DNA of 64,000 nucleotides from Eledone cirrhosa (lineage: Eukaryota): contig OZ024742.1 in assembly GCA_964016885.1 (NCBI GenBank), forward strand, positions 178,808,001-178,872,000, in the 5' to 3' direction. Position numbers and translations under genes: made by a program. The notes under the pieces were generated by a model. The model had not been told where the DNA came from and searched no databases. It saw only the letters and a program-made list of their open reading frames with translations. Position 1 is the stretch's first letter; the number at the start of each line of letters is the position of its first letter. Below, piece by piece: positions 55,896 to 64,000 of this stretch.

Positions 55896-56677
55896 AGCTA
55901 TCTATCTCTATATCTCTCTATATATCTCCCTATCTCTCCCGTCCACTTACCCTCTCCGTATGATTTTCTTTTGTTATATGTTATATGTTTCTTTATGTTA
56001 GTAAAGTCATAATTATATTTTGTCCTTATTTTTTTTTTTACAGCGTAGATGTTGAGTGTATATAAGTATATACATCTCTGTGTGGGAGACAGTGTGTGTG
56101 TGATTATATACGAGTGAGTGTATATAAACTAAATTTGTTTCTTATTTTTTAGATCTCAGATTCTTATTTAAAATATAGATGTGATAATGCTTAATACGCA
56201 CACATATACACACATACACCCCCACACTTATGCACACATACACATACATCTCATACATACACATACATACACATATACACATACACATTCACATACACAC
56301 TTATATACATACACTCACACACAAAACATAAAATTATGAGATTTATCCTACGGTCAGGCATAAACTCTTTCAAAGGGGAAACGGTTTAAGCATGACTGTA
56401 GAGCATATCTATCTTATAATTATATCTGCACTCTACTCTGGCTTTGTATGGAGTATTAAGTTGAATAATACTCTTACTAGTCTTAATTAATAACATCTTA
56501 TCCATCCATCTACACACACACACACACACACACATACTGAGAGAGACACATACATATATACATACGCACACACACACACATATATAAATATGTAACATAT
56601 ATATATATATGTGTGTATAACATATATATGTGTAACATATATATATGTGTGTGTGTGTGTATGTGTGTGTGTGTGTA

Positions 56678-56734
<57 letters not shown>

Positions 56735-56867
56735 CGATATGTGTATGTATTTTTTCCTTTCTTATTCACATTACGCTTTCAATTAAATTTCTGTTTATTT
56801 ATTATTTATTTTTTATTTTGCAATACTCTTAACACTAAGCATTATGATGTGTGCGTATTAACCTCGG

Positions 56868-56985
56868 CTGAGTTCAAATCCCGCTGAGGTTAACTTTGCC
56901 TTTCATCCTTCCGGGGTCGATAGAATAAAGTACCAGTAATGCATTGGGTAATTGCTGGCCTTGTGCCAAAAGTAGAAACAATTAT
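56868..56985 (+). mobile_element. 5'-truncated SINE
   Basis: B-box through tail matches the consensus. Confidence 0.85.
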
Positions 56986-57064
56986 GAGGACAGAAAAGAC
57001 CAGTCCAGGAGCAAAGAAAATAGAATATTTAGGTGAAAAGCAAAGTATAACATTCTAAATCCAA

Positions 57065-57330
57065 ATCCATGGCCTTCTCAATCCTAGTTGATCTCAACCT
57101 CTTCATATCTTTGGCCATACTGAGCCATGTGTGGCTGCGGTATCGGTTTAGATCATCGTGCAATCTTTCCTTTGACCGCCCTCTAGTTCTTCGCTGCTTT
57201 GCTGTCCACTCTGTCGCTCTAATAGTCCATCTGTTTTATCTGAGATGAGAAACCTGGCCAACCTATCTATGTTTGCCTTTCTTGGTGATCTCGATTATGT
57301 CTTCTTCGAAGTAATGAAATATTGTCTTGT
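57065..57330 (-). pseudogene. RTE LINE C-terminal fragment
   Basis: DIIEITKKGKHR*VGQV...NRWTIRATEW...RTRGRSKERLHDDL. Confidence 0.7.
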
Positions 57331-57639
57331 CTATTGAAGGGCCTCTGCTCAGATCTAGTTGTATATGTTTGTATGTATCGATCCCTAACTCCCGATGAAG
57401 TCGCTGGGGTGCCTTACACATTTTAAACTTGGTGTATTCAATCCCTTTCCGTGTCTGAATACAGTCGAATTCATCCAGAGAAAGGAAGCGAGAGAGATAG
57501 CGAAAGAGAGGGGGAGAAAGAGAGAAAGAGATAGGAGGGACAGAGAGAGTGAAAGTAAGAGGCAGAAAGAGAGAGAGAGAGGAAGGGAGAGAAAGAGAGA
57601 TAAGGAAGAGGGAATTAAAAAAGAGATACAATGTAAGAA

Positions 57640-58195
57640 TCAACCCCAGTACTAGACTGGTATTTTTTTTATCGATCTTGAAAGGATGTAAGGAAAAGTT
57701 AGCATCAGTAGAATTTAAACGGAGAGCGTAGAGCGCTGGAACGAAAGATTTAAACTCAGAGCGCGGGAACGAAAGATTTAAACTCAGAGCGCGGGAACGA
57801 AAGATTTAAACTCAGAGCGCGGGAACGAAAGATTTAAACGCAGAGCGCGGGAACGAAAGATTTAAACTCAGAGCGCGGGAACGAAAGATTTAAACGCAGA
57901 GCGCGGGAACGAAAGATTTAAACTCAGAGCGCGGGAACGAAAGATTTAAACTCAGAACGCGGGAACAAAAGATTTAAACTCAGAGCGCGGGAACGAAAGA
58001 TTTAAGCGCAGAGCGCGGGAACGAAAGATTTAAACGCAGAGCGCGGGAACGAAAGATTTAAACTCAGAGCGCGGGAAGGAAAGATTTAAACGCAGAGCGG
58101 GGGAAGGAAAGATTTAAACTCAGAGCGCGGGAACGAAAGATTTAAACGCAGAGCGTGGGAACGAATACCGAAATGATTCTATCTGATGTTCTGAT
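57640..58195 (-). repeat. SINE carrying an internal 28-bp minisatellite (about 15 copies, 57738-58165)
   Basis: Unit GAACGAAAGATTTAAACTCAGAGCGCGG; SINE sequence continues on both sides. Confidence 0.88.
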
Positions 58196-58782
58196 GCCAT
58201 TTCATATGTTTAAGTAACACTAAACAAATTGCAATGGGATTCACTTAACATGACGTATCGGCGCGTGTTGGACAAAGGTCGATAAATGGAAATAGCCACA
58301 TATGCCCAGGTAGAAAAATGTTTGGCGGAATATGAAAAATCACAGATATTGTTAATCATGCGAAGTGATATAAAAAATGAATGTTAGATACGTTTCATAA
58401 GCTCATATGCAGAGTCACTCCTCCCTCCGCCATGTACATATACGAAAAATGTACTCCCGTTCTAACATACGTGTGCCATCGAGTGGCAAAGGTGTATCCA
58501 AATGTTGGATATACTGCCAAGATAGAACATGTGGTAGCAATTCTTTCTAGTTCATATTTTCTTAAATAAATTCAGATTAGTTTTTGTTACTACTAATCAT
58601 TAGATGTTAAGTAAATAGCAACCGCTTATTGTATATATTGTACAGTTGATCATTTATCAAAATCTAGTCAATAATCACACTAAATTAATACACCAACCAA
58701 TCGAATGAAATATGGATTCCTCCAGGGAAACTTCATATTACTACAGCTATCATTTCTAATATATATCAATAGTAGTAGACAG

Positions 58783-59118
58783 GTACTCAGGTACTCAAAT
58801 AATAGAGGGTTTGGAATAAGCGGGGGAGAGTTGGAAAATCGGTAATATTTCTAGGTTGTCTCCGTTAATTTTCTAAAAAAACAGAATTAGTCGTTTAGTT
58901 TACATATTGAGACCTCAACCCATCCAATTTTATAACATATGGGATTTCTAGTAATGTTCTTTTTTTGTCATGTGTAATGTTTTTTTTAATGTATAAAAAA
59001 AATCAATTGTCGCAGGAGTGCTACGACTTAAAATAAAATTTCGTCGGAGATAGATCAACAAAATCTAATAAGCGGAAGGGGTGTGGTGGGGGTGGGGGTT
59101 ATTCGAGACCCGAGAGTA
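58783..59118. mobile_element. Possible MITE with degenerate TIRs
   Basis: TACTC...AATAA / TTATTCGAGACCCGAGAGTA and subterminal AATAAGCGG motifs. Confidence 0.4.
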
Positions 59119-59495
59119 AGCAAAATCTATTGTTTCAAACGTGTAAGTCATGATTTGAATTGCATTAATCTATTGAATAATCATATTACCTCAATTGCTG
59201 TTGATACACCCACACCCACACGCGCGCACACGCATGCACACGTACACATACACACACACACATACACATATATACTTATGTGTGTGTATGTCTGTGTGTG
59301 TCTCAGTGTGTTTATTGTTTTACTTGTTTCGGTCATTAGACTGTGGCAATGTTGCAGAACTGCCTTGATTTAGTTGATAACACCGAACTTGGTATTTACC
59401 GAACTTGGTATTTACTTTTACTTATTGTTATAAAGTCTGGTATTTATTTCATCGAAGTTACGTGTCTTAACACAGACAGACATAATGTAAACATC

Positions 59496-59583
<88 letters not shown>

Positions 59584-59584
<1 letters not shown>

Positions 59585-59759
59585 CAGAAATGGTGTGGTA
59601 AAATACCAGGTGGAACATAACCCACCAGAGTACTCGGTACTTGGGATAGTAGAGTGGGTAATATGAAAAGATTCAGGACCCCGATGTCTCTTTAGCTGTT
59701 GAAACGACCGGAGCTCAGCCGTCGGGGTCCTGAATATTTTCATATATATATATATATTT

Positions 59760-59817
<58 letters not shown>

Positions 59818-59844
59818 GATGTTTACATTATGTCTGTCTGTGTT

Positions 59845-59917
<73 letters not shown>

Positions 59918-59992
59918 ACGAAGGAAATGTGGTAAGGAACCAGGTGGACCATAACGCACCAAAGTACTCAATACTTAGGGTAGTAGAGTGTT

Positions 59993-59995
<3 letters not shown>
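59584..59995 (-). mobile_element. Two family A copies (59584-59742, 59916-59995)
   Basis: Consensus tail; the first has a fold-back. Confidence 0.8.
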
Positions 59996-60082
<87 letters not shown>

Positions 60083-60302
60083 ATGCTTTCATATATTTTT
60101 ATATATGTATATCTGTTTGACCCGAAATAGGAGATCGAATCTTCGCTGTGTGGATAATTAGTTTAACCACCATCTCAGTGTGTTTGGCCTTTAACGTAAG
60201 TTGTAAGCTCTAATTCTTTTGAATTATTGAGCGCTTGCCTCACAATTCGAAAGTGTTTTTTCGTTATTTCATAGGCTGAAATTCGATTCTCGCTAATTTT
60301 TA

Positions 60303-60333
<31 letters not shown>

Positions 60334-60339
<6 letters not shown>

Positions 60340-60437
60340 GAAGAGTGAAGAATAACATGGTCAGCTGTACAAAAAGGGTTTATTAAAATAAACCCTTTTT
60401 GTACAGCCGGTCATGTTATTCTTCACTCTTTCACTAT
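60334..60437. repeat. Imperfect palindrome of about 104 bp next to (TA)n
   Basis: ATAGTG-AAGAGTGAAGAATAACATG...CATGTTATTCTTCACTCTT-CACTAT, folding at an AATAAA. Confidence 0.8.
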
Positions 60438-60447
60438 TATTGTTGCA

Positions 60448-60826
60448 AAGGGCGGAAGAACTCATAAGAGTCAACGGCCATCCAAAAGTGTGTAAATATG
60501 GATATACACATGTACCGCGCGGTTAAACCACTGGGAGTGAAGGACCCCTAGCCATTGTCAGGGCATTCTTCTAGGAGAAGGCAACTCAGGAAACTGGGAT
60601 AACTCCGATATAAAAACTGCGGCTCAGTAGTTACCGATGATGTTGATCTTTTCTTCTTTTCGGGTTATAGCTACTGTCGCTCAGAGAGTGGGATTGGCTC
60701 AGTGCACAGTCTTTCCTCACTTTAAAAAAATATCTTCACGCACAGGCATTGCACAATAGAATTGATTAATAATTATTAATAATGGTATATCGTGCAATGG
60801 CCATACTCGACAACGAGGGGGCAGCC

Positions 60827-60857
<31 letters not shown>

Positions 60858-61378
60858 TGTATGTATGTATGTATGTATGTATGTATGTATGTATGTATGT
60901 ATGTATGCGCGTATGCATTATGTATGTATGTATTATGTATGTTTTATGTATGTATGTATACATGCATGTATGTATGCACGTATGCATGTATGTATGTAAA
61001 CGGGCGGATGAACTCAGCAGAGTCAACGACCATCCAAATAGTACTTTGTTTTTTCACCTGGGAGTGAAAGGCCCCAGTTGTTGTCACAACACCTGTCTAG
61101 GATAGGGGAAACTCTGAAAAAAAATAACCTGCGGTTTCAGAAGCATCCGATGATTTTGACAAGTTCTCCTATTCGGTAGTATTTTCGATGCTCGAAGAGT
61201 GGGATTAGTCGAGTGGAAGCCCTTTCTCCACGTAAAAAACCTTGACAGCTCTGGCATTGCTTGTTCAGGATATTTTACAGGTTCGTGTGGCTGGCGGTAG
61301 CCTAAAAGTGTACCAAACTCTATAATCTGACAAGCGATTGCAGTACTCTTAGCAGAGTTTGTAGCTCTCATGTATGTA
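60448..61378 (+). mobile_element. Two related non-autonomous RTE-like elements with (TATG)n tails
   Basis: Shared head GGGCGGA-GAACTCA--AGAGTCAACG-CCATCCAAA...TGGGAGTGAA at 60450 and 61001; the 3' end of the second recurs at 53013-53060. Confidence 0.55.
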
Positions 61379-61380
61379 TA

Positions 61381-62240
61381 GGCGGCGATTTGGCAGAGTC
61401 GTTAGAAAGGCGGATAGAATGCTTTATGTTATTCGTTCCGGCTCTCTGCTTGCTGAGTTCAAATCCCACCGAGTTCATCTTTACCTTTCATCCTTTCGAG
61501 GTTGATAAAAAAAAAGTACTAGTCTAGTACTAGGATCAATTCTTGCTTTATATCTCTTTTTCATTTCCCCTCTCTCACTTTTTTTGTTTGTACTCAGACC
61601 TGGAGAGGGATGGGCTCCACCCTGCTTAAAATGCCCAAGGAACTATCAAGAGTTACGGGACCATACCATACCATGTATGTATGCATGCACATATGTATGT
61701 ACTTATCTATGTATGTATGAATGTATGTATGTGTGTATGTGTGTATGTGCGTAAAAAGTAAACAGTCAGAACACGTCAATGAAACAAAATATTAAAATAT
61801 TATTCTTCATCGAAAATGGTTTTATTCAATAATATATTTCCCTCCTTCCTTATCTGATACCTTCATACCTTTAAATATACATTACCGTATATTCTATTTA
61901 CTTCCTCTAATGATTCATTCTTTCTTTTAGTCATTCATACATTCATTTATTCGTTCTTTATTCATTAATTCATTCATTATTTTTCTTCTTTACCATATCT
62001 CTCGGTAAATGTCTTCCATTATACCTCAATCATATTTTATATGTAGATTGGCCATATGAAGAGAAGGGGGGGGGGGGCGGTATACAGAGGCGTGAAAGTG
62101 GCAGAGACGTTAGAACGTCAGATAGAATACTTGTTCCGTATTTGCTCTGGCTCTGTTCGCTTTGTGTTCAAATCCCGCAGGTCAATTTTGCCTCTCATCC
62201 TTTTGAAATCGGTAAAATAAAGTACCAGTCCAGTAATAAG
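61381..62240 (+). mobile_element. Two diverged SINEs (61381-61540, 62090-62240)
   Basis: tRNA head, GTTCAAATCCC and CATCCTTT...TAAAA..AAGTAC. Confidence 0.75.
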
Positions 62241-62789
62241 GTTGTTTCCTCTATATCTTTTTCTCGCTTTCTTGTTTTCACTTTATCAACCTCTCTCTCT
62301 CTCCTTTTCTAGAAGAAACCGACTGTGGCCAGACCTGGAGAGGAGTTGGGCTAGGCTAGGTTTTAAAAAAGCCCAAAAAACGCCATATGTCAACATGGTG
62401 CCCCCCCCCCCCCCCCCCCACGACTTCACCTTATGTTACGGCTCAAAGAAGATGGTAAATAGTAGCTACATTACTATTACTTATTTATTTTATCAAGTTT
62501 GATTAGCATTTCTTTTTTTAAAATTTATTTTTCTTGTTTTATTTTGATTTTTTTCACATTTTATTTTTGTTATCTGTTCTAGTTGTTGTTTGTTTTCTTT
62601 TTGTTTTCCGGTTGGTTCATTTTTACAAAAAAATGGAAATATTTAAAATATCTTTGAAATTGGTTAAAAAAGTTTGTTTCTTCCGGTAATTAGAGATACA
62701 TCCATTGTTCATGCTGCTGTTTTGGGGTTCATTTTGTTTGTGAGTGTTGTTATTATAGTTTAAAGTGTTGGTTGGCTTGCTAGCTATCT

Positions 62790-64000
62790 GGCATAATACG
62801 AAAAGGATCAGGACTCCGACGGCTGAAAACCATCGATGAAGAGATCCTCCTGGAAATCAACAATAAGACTGAAGGCCCCAAGGTAGAGAAGATCTCTAAA
62901 TTATGGAAAGGGGACTGCAACAGAGAAGAATTGAAATCCCTTCAACGCTGGGAAAAAAGTGCCGCTTGGTTCCTAAACTATGAATCGACTTTTCAAACGG
63001 ATTACACCTCCAATAACCCGTTCATAAAAATAGGAAAATCCATAACCGAACCGCACAACAACTTCGCAAACCCACCAGCCACTAACAAAAGAAGGAAGTA
63101 CCACACCGAAGATGAACTTCCCAACCTCGCTACCATAAGAAGGAACAAAAACCCTAGAAGTCATCACTCCCAGAATAACATTTACAACTTTCCCCCTTCA
63201 AGGAGACACCATACCAAATCACTCAACTACTACGCGGATGCCTCATCATCAAACATAGCGAAAAGATACCACCACCATGATAGATGTAACAACTTCCCCG
63301 CTTCAAGGGGACAGCAAGGTAATTTCCATATTCTCAACTCTCGCTTCCACAATACACAACAAACCCACACCACACGATACAACCAACAACGTAGGCCACC
63401 TATAACACCAAAATCCAACATGGCACATAGAAACACACATCCATACTCGCAATACAGGAACACCCCATTCAATCTACAACCACGAACCCGAACCACATTT
63501 TACAACAACAAGGAATATAACAAACACAGGAGACCACTTAACATCAGCAGACAACCCCTCTACCCCAACCATTTTTTAGACACAGCACACAGATACAAGC
63601 AAACAAAATAACACAAGACAGGGAGGAGAAACCGAGAGTAATAAAAAATATCAATCTAACTACTGCAGAACCAACACCCAACCTTATCAACTTACTCTCC
63701 AAAGGTCTTAAATTCACACCGACCCCACTACGTCCTAACTACTATGAAATGAAGGAAGACATCACAAACTTCTGTAGAAAGTTACGACTCAGTGAAGAAG
63801 TATTCTACCAGTACAATCAGGATGAATCATTAGCCAGAAATAGAAGCAACTACACCTCATCAAAAGGTAGGAATAAAATCCTGGACGAATTCTGTGAACA
63901 CTTGCACAGACAAAAACACAAGCCAAACCTCAACAAGAAAGAATGGGAAGAATTAAATAGATTAAAAACCGACAGAACCATTACAATTAAAGAGGCTGAT
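62790..64000 (+). mobile_element. Penelope-like element 5' region: upstream ORF plus RT N-terminus in the -1 frame, running off the window
   Basis: The -1 frame from 63572 is open to the window end: INL...LLSKGLKFTPTP...F.RKLRL...NLNKKEWEELNRLK.DRTITIKEAD (PLE N-terminal motifs preceding DKG). Confidence 0.88.

Noticed and set aside
57738-58165. CRISPR-like 28-bp repeats
   Set aside because: Units are contiguous with no spacers and derive from a SINE.
60450-60600. HDV-like ribozyme at the RTE-like 5' end
   Set aside because: Plausible from family knowledge, but I could not assign the nested double pseudoknot by eye.

Overview
AT-rich, microsatellite-saturated eukaryotic DNA with no confidently identifiable host gene. 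The SINE families and the density of (TA)n/(CA)n tracts point to an octopus or other coleoid cephalopod genome (inference). Most ORFs in the track are translations of simple repeats. The real coding remnants are all transposable elements: a decayed L1/Tx1 LINE (28.6-31.9 kb), a stack of (AAT)n-targeting R4/Dong LINEs (32-35 kb), a (CATA)n-flanked R4-like LINE, two Penelope-like elements (PLEs; 35.2-37.2 kb and 62.8-64 kb), and CRE, RTE, CR1/L2, Helitron and DNA-transposon fragments, plus more than 20 tRNA-derived SINE copies. The main unexplained structure is a dense set of short islands between (TA)n tracts. Many are fold-back (hairpin) or partial-tandem elements carrying type-I hammerhead ribozyme motifs. 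About 15 or more motifs from roughly a dozen unrelated families were read by eye, including non-canonical cores with compensatory U3-A8 and G3-C8 pairs. One U3-A8 family is physically joined to a PLE RT and sits downstream of a tandem E2F/E-box/CCAAT/TATA promoter module. The PLE at the right end has a -1 slippery site joining its two frames. All structures were derived by manual inspection, and coordinates of degenerate features are approximate.
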